64,000 bases of DNA, taken from NCBI RefSeq assembly GCF_006345805.1, contig NC_043018.1, forward strand, positions 28,272,001 to 28,336,000, given 5' to 3'. Of this stretch, positions 23,430-35,742 are shown piece by piece (positions within the stretch are counted from its first letter, which is position 1; every line of letters starts with the position of its first letter). This DNA comes from Octopus sinensis (Eukaryota). The notes beneath the pieces are model-generated. The model searched no databases and was not told the DNA's origin. It worked only from the letters and a program-made list of their open reading frames with translations. Position numbers and translations under genes: made by a program.

Positions 23430-23800
23430 TTTTTTCCTCCGTTTTCCCTTCTTTGGACTTTTCCTTTTTCTATGTTTCTGTCGAAGAGCCCCGCTTGAAA
23501 CGTTAAGACCCTCCTTCTTTCTTTCCTTTCCTGAGTGTCTAATAACAATATACATGTTCCACGTCCCCGCGTTGTTGTGTTTTCATGTTTGGATTAAATA
23601 TATGTCACCATGATAGATCGTTAGCCATTACAAACATTGTTTCCTCTCCTTGTTTTTTCTGTGCCCCTTTCTGTAGAAGAGCGTAGGCTCGAAACGTAAA
23701 AGAATTTTTCTATTCCTGAGCGTTATATTAATACATCTGTTTGTTTTGTACACTACCTCTCTTCGTCTTTTGTTTTTTTCGTAAACTCTCCCTATATATA
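23430..23800 (+). mobile_element. Adjacent family A and family B repeats, each with a hammerhead-like motif
   Basis: Motifs at 23474-23508 and 23667-23702 in the same orientation. Confidence 0.75.
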
Positions 23801-24219
23801 TATATAACTTAGATGTGGGAGGTGCGATAAATATAATCAAACCAATGTTTGCCTTAGAAGCGTTGAAATGTGTATTGTGAGACACAAATAAATTAATAAT
23901 GTATTTTGAAACGCACAAACGCTTGTAGAGCAGCACAGAGGGGATAACATATCCATACAAAGCGGGAAAATATGTCAGCAACCAGCCATGAGTTGCTGAC
24001 ATATTTTTCAGCTTTGTATAGATATTTTATCCCCTCTCCTGTTCAATCAGCATTTGTGCGTTTGAAAATATATCATTATCTTATTTGTATCTCATATGTA
24101 TTTTTCTGAGTGACCCTATCAATAATGTACCTATAATGACTTTACAGCTGGAGACAGTTGTAAATCAAATTAGTTCCAATAAAGAAAGATATGCATATTA
24201 TATATATATATGTGTGTGT

Positions 24220-24257
<38 letters not shown>

Positions 24258-24793
24258 ATATTATATTTTATATATTTGTATATATTTAGATATATGTATA
24301 TATTTATATTTATATATATTTTATATCTATATTTATATATCTATATATATGTATATGTTATTTATATATAATTTATATATATCTATATATATATTGTATA
24401 TATATGTATATTATATATATATATGTGTATTTTATATATATATATGTAATATACATATAATATAAATATATATATATTATATATATATATATTATATAAT
24501 ATATATATATTATATATATCCATACATATATATATATACATACATATAATTATTATATATATATAGATACTATCTATCTATATATATATATATATAGTGG
24601 AGACCTGTGATGAGAGTTAAGAGACATAGACTCTCCAAATTTGAAATCACTTGATCTAGAAATATCGATTTCCTCATTCTGCCGAGATATAAGTTAATTT
24701 CTTTGCTCGTAGCCCGATTTCTTGTGCACTTTTTATTTTACCAGTAATTGGTGGTTTTCTTAGAAGAGTTTTTGATTGCGATTTTCATATCAT

Positions 24794-24896
24794 TGGTGGC
24801 ACCGTGTGTGCCCTATTATAATTATAAATAAATTATAAGACTTTGGATTTATTTATATTTATTTATAATTATAATAGGGCACACACGGTGCCACCA
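24794..24896. repeat. Perfect 40-bp inverted repeat, 23-nt loop
   Basis: TGGTGGCACCGTGTGTGCCCTATTATAATTATAAATAAAT and its exact reverse complement. Confidence 0.95.
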
Positions 24897-24921
24897 TTGA
24901 AAATTAGAGTCAAAAACTATT

Positions 24922-24977
<56 letters not shown>

Positions 24978-25151
24978 TTGGAGAAACAAATGAATAGAAA
25001 TGATTTTTCTGATAATATTGCACTTATAAACATCTGATTATTAAAGTGGAAAAATCACCAAAAAAGCCATTTTTATTCATCTGTTTTTTTTTTAAATATA
25101 TGATACTGTATCAAGTATTTTTCTATTTGTTATTCTACTGCACACATACAT

Positions 25152-25194
<43 letters not shown>

Positions 25195-25317
25195 TATAGG
25201 CTTTTCGTCCGTCTTTACGTTCCGAATTCAAATTGCTGGACCAGTATTTTATTAATTACCGATTAACTCATCTATAGTTTCCAACAGTATCATTTGTCAC
25301 GTGATCTAGAAAGGGCA

Positions 25318-25800
25318 TATATAAAAACTTACTTGGAGAAAAGAAAAGAAACGAAACGAAACGACGTGAGGGCGCTCAGTCATACAATAATTTAATAAAT
25401 AAAATATATGCATACATACATACATATATGTACGTACCTACATCTACATGTATATATACATGCATATATATTATATATGAGTACAGGACACCACAAATAG
25501 ACGTAGAACTCAACGAGAAACGAAAACATAAAAACAAACTAGGAAACGAACTTTTTTAACAACGAAAAAACAGAGTACGAGACAAACAATACAAGGAATA
25601 TTCCCCTTCATCAGCTGTCCCTGGTTCGACTCAATGCGTGTTTCGAAGGTAAGGACAGAACACGATCCGGTCGAACCAGTCCTTCCCGCAAATGAATTAA
25701 ATAAAATTCCTTTGCAGAGGGGTAAAAACAAGGAAAGAAAAAAAATGTGACAAGAACAGGACGTAAAAGCAATACAAATAAAAATTCAAATACAAAATAA
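25318..25800 (-). mobile_element. Dispersed repeat family E, copy 2
   Basis: Reverse-complement homolog of 5480-5915. Confidence 0.8.
25603..25679 (-). ncRNA. Non-circularly permuted hammerhead candidate, copy 2
   Basis: CTGGTTCGAC-cggat-CGTGT-T-CTGTCC-tta-CCTTC-GAA-ACACG-cattga-GTCGAACCAG-GGACAG-CTGATGA-A-GGGG. Confidence 0.65.
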
Positions 25801-26479
25801 AAATACAAATACAAAAAAATACAGTACACATAAAGGAATAATGTTGTTTTAGGCCCCTAATATCTCTTAAAATAGCTCTAGATGACCCGGTCCGAGAAGC
25901 CTCTTATCATACGTCTTCTCTGGGTGATTAGACCATCGGTTAATGGATGTTGACAACAGCAACAGCAGCGATTATTTATATCCCGTAGTTATTGTACGTA
26001 ATACTAAATCCTAGACCATGCATACTTATGAATTTTCTGGAAAATAATCGGCATTTTACTGCAATAATCTTTGATTTTTGCTCACGAAATCCACTAGTTC
26101 TTGTTCTTTGTTACTATTCTCCACATGTAGCTGGTAATTTTCATTGCACGTAGATCTTTTATTTTATTTATTTATTTATTGTCTTGCGTGTGCCATTTAA
26201 TTCATCTTCATCTACCTGATACAGACATGAATCGTTTATTTCTCATGTTTGTCTCAACTTGGAAAGTACTATTACACAAGTTTTCATGTTCAATCTGAAG
26301 TGCTTTAGAGACAAAGATATATATTTTTTCTCGCAGACCAAATACAAAAATTATACATAGCAAAATGAACAGCATATAGCTCACTTGGCTACTTGAGACA
26401 ATTCTTATCAGAAGATGAAAAAATATAAACGCGGGTGTGACTATATCTTTACGAAGCGCACTTTGCAACAACATTGCCA

Positions 26480-26798
26480 CAAGTTCGGTCCCACTGTGCG
26501 GCTCGTTGGTCAAGTGTCTTCTGTTAGGACCTCAGTCCGACTAATGCCTTGTGAGTGAATTTGGCTGGCGGAAACTGTGGGAAGCCGGAACTATATATCT
26601 GTGTGTGTGCCTTTGTGTCTGTGTTTGTGTCTCTATCATCGCTTGACAACCAGTGTTGATTTGTTTACCTCATCATTACTTAGAAATTCGGTAGAAGAGA
26701 GACATGGAGTAAGTACCAAACTTTAACATAATTGTTGGCGGTTCTCTAACATGGCTGCAGTTCAATGACTGAAACAAGTAAAAGAGTAAAAGAGTAAC
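26480..26798 (+). mobile_element. SINE family A, diverged
   Basis: TCCCACTGTGCGGC...CAAGTGTCTTCT...CAGTTCAATGACTGAAACAAGTAAAAGAGTAAAAGAG tail. Confidence 0.8.
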
Positions 26799-26990
26799 AT
26801 TGGATCAGCTGCCAAGTTCGAGGTGATCCAGGAGACAGCATTGTTGGGTACAGCTTGCATTCTAAGGAGCGCATTGTCTCTATGAGTCACAGGAGAAGGC
26901 ACTACTTGAAACCTTCGGTGATTTGTCATTGCCTGCTTTCAAGTAAAGAATAACGGCTAATTAAGAACTATCCGAGAGTCTTTCAGAATA
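26799..26990 (+). mobile_element. RLE (R4/Dong-like) retrotransposon 3' end
   Basis: IQETALLGTACILRSALSL* plus UTR ending in AATAACAACAATAA. Confidence 0.6.
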
Positions 26991-27000
26991 ACAACAATAA

Positions 27001-29215
27001 TCTATATATGTATATAAAATTCTTTATCTCTCTGTTTGTCTGTTCCCAAAGCATTCTCAAGCGGCTCAATCAAATCAAACCAAAATTTCTATGGCAATAG
27101 TATCAGACCCCCTGGGTGTCAACATGTAATTCTTTTTCATTTCGATGAAAACAATACAGCAACGAAACTTTTAGAAAATAAAAATAAGAAATGAGTGGAA
27201 ATTTTACCGATGTTAAATTATAAGGCACAAAAAGAAAATGCCTCTCCCCAGACACAACAGAATATGCTTCAACACACGAACTCACAGAAAGAATCTTACA
27301 AAACCAAATCCAAAAACGAAATATGATATAATATTTTTTCACTTTTATTCTTACGTTTTTATACTTTCACCGTTAATTCTCATTATACCCTAATGTCAAA
27401 TAACATTGTTTCACTTTTATTCTTTCACTTTTAATTATAATTATATCCTAATATCAACAACATTACGCATCGGCAACTTTCCATCTTAACGGCTATGACA
27501 ACGGAATGGTGTGTCGGTGTATGTGGATTGACTGACATAACGAACGGTTTGGATGTGAAACATTCGACAAAAAACAATAAAGTGGCACGTCCAAAGTATA
27601 TAAAAATACACATTTACCGTTCAATTACCAGGTAATAATTATCGCAGCAGTTGCAAATTTACCGTTAAATTAGCAGTTTGTACATGTGCTTCCATTTGGT
27701 TAATTCGTTCATATTTGGTTAATTTACACTGCATACAAAAATAAGGAAGTTCTACATGCATGCAACTGCTTACAATAATAGAGGTTACGGTATAATATCT
27801 TCTATGTTCATAATTTTTGGTTTACAATATTGAACAAAATATGTCACCAAAGAAAAAATGTAATCTTTTCAGAAACATGTATTAAGCAGGAGTGTAGGAA
27901 TAAAAGGCGAGAGTTTCAAGACAGAAGGGAGATGAAACTTTCCCAAGATCAGCAAATGCATCCTGCGCACATCAGATGGTGTCTCAAGAGAGAAGAGAGT
28001 TGAAACTTTCCGAAGATGAGCAAAACATACTGTGGCACATCAAATGGTGTCTCAAAAAGAGAAGACAGATGAGACCTTCTCAAGATCAGCAAAAACAGGC
28101 TTGCAGCACGTTAGATGCAGTCTCAATACAGAAGGGAGATGACACTTTCCCAAGATCAGCAAAGGCATGGTGCAACGTGTCAGATGGAATCTCAATACAG
28201 AAGAGAGATGACACTTTTCCCAAGGTCAGTAAATGCTTGGTGCAGCACGTCAGAGAGAGTCTTAATACAGAAAGGAGGTGAGACTTTCCCCAAATCAGCA
28301 AATGCATGTTGCAGCACTCGATGCTGAATCATTAAAACAACGTTTTAATAATTAGACAGCGGTCCAATAGAACAGCTCTCAAAAACAGACTACGTACAAA
28401 TTCGGTCTTCACAATTCCTGGAGCTGCTTTCAGATATAATCCATCCCATTCTTATAAAAATGATAATTTTGCCGAAATTAATGTACTAAACTCAAACTGT
28501 CATTTCTGCAAAGCTTTAACATTTTCCAATGGAACTAATGGCATGCGCTCCTCAGGCGCTAGGATAAGATTGTCAGCACTACCAGCTCATCCTCAACCTC
28601 TCATAGATCTTCTAGAAGGCATTTCCACCCAGTCAAAGGATTTTTCGAACTATATTAGACAATACAGCTCTGCATTTCAAATATCATCTTTTGGTGTATC
28701 TAATGAGATAGTTGAACATGAATCTATGCCAACGTTCAAAGATCAGAGACAAGTCTATCACCTTTATTGCCTCTCTGTTACCCACAAATGAACAACCACA
28801 GTTCCTCCAAATTTTCTTTATAAGTGATGTAGGATAACAAACCCAAAAGAGGTGTCAAAACTTCAGACGATATACCGCGTCGACTGCCGCAAAGGAGAAT
28901 ATATCCACAGACAGCTTTACAGTGCATTCTGAAGTCACATTTCCCACCAAAACCCCAATTTCCCGTGACTGGTTAGGGCCTGGACTGCTCCAAACAGACG
29001 ACTAACAAGTCACTTAGTCTATTTAGCCTTACAAATCTACCTTACAAATGTTTTGTCATCAACGAAGCACCTTCCCGTATCACCTTTTTCAACATAAACT
29101 GTGATGCCATTTTAATCCCAAACAACGCCATTTTAACTATGCCATTTTAATCCTGAGCAACGCTATTTTTAACTATGCAATTTTAATCCCGAGCAACGCC
29201 GGGTATCTCTGCTAG
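27001..29215 (+). mobile_element. Internally deleted Helitron with both termini and a RepHel N-terminal remnant
   Basis: A|TCTATATATG... start; CCCGAGCAACGCCGGG-tatctctg-CTAG|T end; 28490-28840 encodes CHFCKAL...IRQYSSAFQISSFG...MPTFKDQRQVYHL (Helitron Rep N-terminal motif). Confidence 0.88.
27923..28322 (+). repeat. Six tandem units of about 69 bp inside the Helitron
   Basis: Unit anchor GATGA(A/C/G)AC at 27931, 27999, 28068, 28138, 28207 and 28277. Confidence 0.9.
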
Positions 29216-30299
29216 TAATAAGTAATAATAACAATCGATGGCTCGCGAGATTCGAAACCTCATCTTTTTGAATGATTTGTGAATCAATAAGATTGGAGGT
29301 AGAGAGACATCTAAATATTGTTACCCAATTAGTCTGCTATCGTTCATTTACGTCATTAATGAGCTGAGAAAAAAAAACCCAAGCGACAATAGCAAGTAAA
29401 AAGAAATATAAATGGAAACAAAACGGAAGAACAAGAGAGCTAAACATTTCCCTTGTTCCGAAATATCAAAGTCTTTCGGCCGATAAAATAAATTATTATT
29501 TATCCTAGAGACCTTAGAGAATCGTGCTTTTGAAAGTCTCATTTTCTATAACTCTAATGGCATAAATATAAATATTAAAAAGTAAAGCATAATTTAAAAG
29601 AAAATCTAATGACAAAAAAAGAAAAAAAACATCTATCGCATAGCATGTTCGAATATGGGTGGAGGAGAAAATGAGAAATTCACTAAATATATAAATATAA
29701 AAGTTAAAGATCAGAATCGAAAATTGGTATAATGGCACGTTATTCGAGAATCAAAGAGGGTTTTGGATTCCCAAAGGAGAGCCTTGTTTAACGCAATTAC
29801 ATTCGGAATTAATTATCGCAGAAAATAATTAACCTGTAACCAATGCAAGGCCCTATATAAACCAAACCAAATTTGTTTGTTTCCTGCGCAAATATCTATT
29901 TCTCAGCATCACAGCCACCTCTGCTTCTCTTTCTATATAACAAACATTGACCCGCCTCTCTAAATATATGTCACATCATATCCACTACAGTTGCTTATTT
30001 TTCATCTGCTTTCAATCGCCGCAGCTCCCACACTGTCTCATATACATGCAACACATAAACAGAATTCTATCTATCACCTTCAATGTTCATACATGTGTGT
30101 GTGAGTGTGTGTGTATTTCTGTACGTTTGTGTGTATGTGTGTGTGTGTGTTTGCATGTAGGTTGCTTTATGGCGAGTGAACAAAAGACAAGAGTGCTCAA
30201 TACATATTGTTTTTATTAAAACTGCGCCAGAGACAAACTCGTAGTTTCAGTTTCAACCGGAAAAGCTATACACCCCCCATATATATATATGTATATGTA

Positions 30300-30545
30300 G
30301 GGGGGAGAATACACAAAAAAAAAAAGACGAAGACAGGTAGTGTAGACAACAAGCAGATGTATTAGTTTAATGCTCGGGAAGTGAAAAATTCTTTAACGTT
30401 TCGAACCTACGCTCATCAACAGACATGAGCACAGAAAGAAACAACGACAGAAAATAAAGAATGGGTAGTGTTTAGCGATCTATCATGGCGAATGTCGGAC
30501 AGAAGGGTCACACAGGAGGGCTGGGGATAAGGGGAGATAATAAAG
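30300..30545 (-). mobile_element. Family B repeat with a hammerhead-like motif
   Basis: CTGTTGA-T-GAGC(GTAG)GTTC-GAAACGTT at 30391-30426. Confidence 0.7.
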
Positions 30546-30599
30546 TAGTGGTGATCCCAAAACGAAGATGCGCGTGCGTGTGTATAAGAGAGTTTGCAT

Positions 30600-31070
30600 G
30601 TGCGTGTGGGAGAGGGCTATTGATCTTGATGTGTGCGTGTGTGTATGTGTAGGTGTGAAAATGTGGGTCTGGGAAGTGGTCAGTGCTGGTGTGTGCGTGG
30701 TAGTATGTTGTGATGTGATGTGTTGCATGGTATAGTGGTGTATGGTGTAGTGATGTGTGGTATGGTGTGATTGTGTTGGGAGGTGGAGGAGGCGTGAGTG
30801 AGGAAAGCAAGGGTGGAGTGTGAGTTAGGCTGAGGGTGGGGGTAGAGGTGGGGTATGTGGGGAGGCGGAGAGTGACAGTAGTGATGGGATATGTGGGAGT
30901 GGGTGTAAGGGATGGGGTGTGGTGGGGTTGGGTAGGATAGGGAAGGTGGGTTGGAATGTGTAGAGGTGGCGTGAGGGAACGAAGGAGGGGTAACAATGAA
31001 GGGGGAAGGAAAGGTGTGTAGGGGTGAAGAGAAGAGAGAAGGAGAGTAAGAGTGAAGAGAAGAATTGGGA
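30600..31070 (+). repeat. G/T/A low-complexity, G-run-rich tract
   Basis: Near absence of C on the + strand; many GGG/GGGG runs. Confidence 0.8.
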
Positions 31071-31570
31071 GTACACAAATATGCACATATATATTCACAC
31101 ACACATATGTATATACACATACATATATATACATATATTTACATATACATACATAAAAATTAATATATATATATTACAAACACATATACTACTATTACTG
31201 CTACTACTACTAATAATAATAGCTATAATAATAATGATGATGATCATAATAATAATAATAATAATAATAATGTGTACATGCATATCTACTTTGTTATTAC
31301 TTCACGTTGTTTACCAATAGTATAAGAACCGACTTGTACTACAGCTATATATAAGAACAGTTTTGTACTACATATATACATAAGCTGTTGATGGTAAACC
31401 AAGTGACAGGTTAAAATCTACCAACAAATGACTGTTACGTTGGTGATATCCTGCACTTAATGTGTATGTTTTTGGTAGTTTGTCCTGAACTTATCTCTCC
31501 TGTGTTTACGTATTTTTCACTCGATGGCAATGTCCTGTATACAATGTGTATTTTTCATTATGTATGTATG

Positions 31571-31614
<44 letters not shown>

Positions 31615-31689
31615 CAAACGGCGGTGCATCAGCATGGCCGCAGCTCTGAGCTGTAACTGGAAAAAAAATACGTATATATATATACTATT

Positions 31690-32020
31690 TACTATTTTAC
31701 TATTTTACTTTTTCAGTCATTTGACTCTGGTCATGCTGGAGCACCGCCTTTAGTCGAGCAAATCGACCGCAGGACTTATTCTTTGTAAGCCTAGTACTTA
31801 TTCTATCGGTTGTTTTTGCCGAACCGTTAAGTAACGATGACGTAAACACACCAGCATCTGTTGTCAAGCGATGTTGGGGGAGCAGGCACAGACACACAAA
31901 CATATACACACATATATATATACATATATACGACGGGCTTCTTTCAGTTTCCGTCTACCAAATCCACTCACAACACTTTGGTCGACCCGAGGCTATTGTA
32001 GAAGACACTTGCCCAAGATT
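31690..32020 (-). mobile_element. SINE family A lacking its extreme 5' head
   Basis: High similarity to 11065-11478. Confidence 0.9.
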
Positions 32021-32634
32021 ACTTGATCCTAGTTGTTTTGTATTCAAATGTGGCAGGAAGAATGAAACGTACGACCGATTATGTTGAGATTGTAGTTCAC
32101 ACATTAATTATGATTAAAGGTAAATAAAAAGATCAAGATATTTGGCGTCTGTCGTCTTTGTCGCACCTGTCTGCAATCAAGGCATATATATTAATCATGG
32201 ATAATTCAAACAACAATAAAAGACGAAGTGAAAATAAATTTAGAACAAGAAATGAAACAGTAAATATTAATATTAAAAACATGAAATATTAAAGTTGTCA
32301 GAGATGAGTGGCAGTTTTATTTTTTTCATTAATCTTGTTAATTGATAAGTTGATTTAAGCTTTATATAATTGTTATTCTGGATCATATCACTGGTAATTC
32401 TGGAATTTGTAATTTAGGAATAATTTCAAATGAATAAAAATGACATTTTACTTGAGAAATACGGAGATAGAAGGGTGGGTGGAGTCTTTAGACAAAATCT
32501 TCGACAAAATATAAATGTAAAGCGAAAATAAATAAATAAACGGATATATTTACAATATGAATATGCGAAACTCAGAGTCAAGAAATATTTCAGTTACGCC
32601 TCGAAGTTTCGATTTCGAAACTGAATAGAATATA

Positions 32635-32677
<43 letters not shown>

Positions 32678-33573
32678 CACACACACACACACACTTACCT
32701 GTCTAATAATATATCATAATATTTTATTCTCTGATTTGAAGTGAAAATTTTTAGATACAAACAAATCACTAAAACTGGTGATCGAAATCCAGCCAGAATC
32801 GAATCTACAAATCAACGCTAACACGGCTCCTTGCACATCTGTTTGGACCAAACGTTCAACCATCAATTTCAGTCATTCGTGTGTGTGTGTGTGTGTTGTG
32901 TGTTTGTGTGTATGTGTATGGGTGTAAGTGTGTGTGTGTGCTTGTGAATATATATATGTATATATATATATTCACACACACACAGACACACACAAAACAC
33001 ACACGTACATGTATATAAACAATGCACAGGCTCGATAGCAGGCGATGAAGAAAAACTGTAGTGTACAGGTTGGGCCATAGGTAAGCACAAAATAAGTTAA
33101 CTACTCTCTAGAATTATCAAAAGCACGCTTCAAGTATTTAAAAAAAAACAATAAAATAAAATAATGATGAATACACACATACTTGTACATGCTGAACAAA
33201 ATTAATAAAAATACAAATAATAACGTAATGCAATCTAAAAAGACAAATATTTCATTGTGTGACCATTGGACAACCTGAAATTTTCTTGAAGTCGAACAGA
33301 AATAATTTCAAATCATCTTCGGAGAATTGCTTCGGACAGGAGTGACACATCACCAAAGATCTAATATCATTCTCGGTTATACTGGGACGCCGAATGAAAA
33401 TCTCAGCCTAGAACAATAGAAAGCCGGGACATAACTTGTACTGCAAACTTGATTTGAATATAATACGTTACTTCGTCAGTAATAAAGATAAATATGCACA
33501 AATACATTCAAATGCACAAAAGCCCACATGTGCATGTATGTTCTATGTATATACATATATAAGTATATATATA

Positions 33574-33614
<41 letters not shown>

Positions 33615-33661
33615 TATTATATTAAATTAGAGATAAACCTCGCTAAGATAAAACTTTCACT

Positions 33662-33730
33662 TACCTGAAGATTGACTGTAACCATAACTCGAATTATTAC
33701 GAATTGGACAGCCATGAAACGATCGTAGTG
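33662..33730 (+). ncRNA. Type I hammerhead candidate with long helix II
   Basis: TAC-CTGAAGA-TTGACTGT...ACAGCCAT-GAA-ACGATCGT-A-GTG. Confidence 0.55.
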
Positions 33731-34364
33731 TTTTACTCATTACCTTTATTAAAATTTTAATAATTTTGATATATATTTAAAATAATATAAATTAATTAAA
33801 TTTATGTATTGGCTTAAGTTTTTCATTGTTTGATTTGCCTAATAGTGGTTTTATCTCTAATTTAATATAATATAATATTTTACTAAATATTATATTAAAT
33901 CTGATTTTTCCCTGTAAGTTTGGATTTATTCCCTAATATTTTATTATATATATATATATCTTCGCCTCAAGTCTTTTTTCCAATGCGCCAGCTCAAGTTC
34001 GCTCGTACTGTCGAAAAGACGGCTGTCTGTGACGTCTGTTTTTGTTATTATTATCTTTATTGTTTTTACGTATTTTCGTATTCTTATTCGTGTTATCATT
34101 ATTATTTTTACGTATTTTTGTATTCTTATTCGTTCCCGTCCTTGTTTCGTATACATTCGAGGCTTTCTTCCAAGGAATCTAATGCGCTTGGCTTAGATTT
34201 TCCTTTGGGTCTGGCCAGGTTGGAGCAACCTCAAGATTAATCAGCCGAAATTGCGAGGATGATCCGGTTCTTGACTGAAGATTGTAGGCTTCGAATGTTC
34301 CGTCGGTGTTTCTCGTATCGTCTTCTAAATTTTTTGCGTTCTTGTCCCGGTTTGTGTTTTTTTG

Positions 34365-34446
<82 letters not shown>

Positions 34447-34733
34447 TTGTGTGTGTGCATGTACGTATCTGCATATATATATATATATATATATTATATA
34501 TACATACATGCAGTTATTTATATACTTACAAATATATATAGTTATGTATTTATACACAAAACGCACATACGCATGTATATATATATATAGATAGATAGAT
34601 ATATAGATATACATATATATGTACATATAGATATATGTACTCTTACAGATATGTATATATATATATATATATATACAAAATAAGAAAATGGAGAAATACA
34701 TCTAAATCAAATATCGAATACACCCCTATCTCA

Positions 34734-34780
<47 letters not shown>

Positions 34781-34793
34781 ATATATATAATTA

Positions 34794-35094
34794 TTACATT
34801 ATATAATTAGGGCTTAGTAAAATAAATTACTTTGCCACATACTGAACTTAGTAGAAATAGCAGCCAAAAAAAAATTTTTTTCTTTTTTTTTAACCGTTTC
34901 TACTACTTAAAGAAAATTTCTCTCAGATAATGTTTACTCCAGACAGCTCACGAAGGTTTGGAGGTAAATACAGAAAAATATCACAAGTACATAGATCGTT
35001 TGATCTATTTGATCGTTGTTTTGGCTGCTATTTCTACTAAGTTCAGTATGTGGCAAAGTAATTTATTTTACTAAGCCCTAATTATATAATGTAA
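34794..35094. mobile_element. MITE with about 75-bp terminal inverted repeats
   Basis: 34794-34868 is the reverse complement of 35019-35094 with no mismatch I could see. Confidence 0.9.
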
Positions 35095-35174
35095 CATTTT
35101 GAATTCGCCTTAAATGGTCCTTTTACATACTGAACACTTGGTGAAATTGATTAATTAATTTTACCCTCAATTGT

Positions 35175-35213
<39 letters not shown>

Positions 35214-35309
35214 ATATGCATACACCTACATCCACCTATAGATTCACACACAGATACGAATACGTATATGCATATAATAAACACAAACACACGTCTATCT
35301 ATCTATCTG

Positions 35310-35396
<87 letters not shown>

Positions 35397-35709
35397 TATA
35401 TATATATTCATCTCTGTACAATCGGGAGCCTGTGTGCATAAATGCTTCTTCGATTGTATATGATCATCGTTTCATATGTAGTAACGTACAATTAGTCCAC
35501 CATCGAGATGTGAACGTAGCCGAAAGCTATTATCACGCAAAGATCGTGACCACGCAGTGTATGTGTATTGTCCATGCGTAAGTGCTTGATGGTGTTGGCA
35601 TGTTGGCATCTATCAAGTTATATATATATGTTTAAAATATTTGTATATATATATAATATATATATATATATATAACTACACATATACATGTATTCATATA
35701 TTCATATAT

Positions 35710-35742
<33 letters not shown>

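Noticed and set aside
27923-28322. CRISPR-like periodic array
   Set aside because: Whole units are homologous (no unique spacers), eukaryotic context, no cas genes
34270-34310. CTGAAGA...CTTCGAATG motif
   Set aside because: No A15.1, and helices I and III do not form
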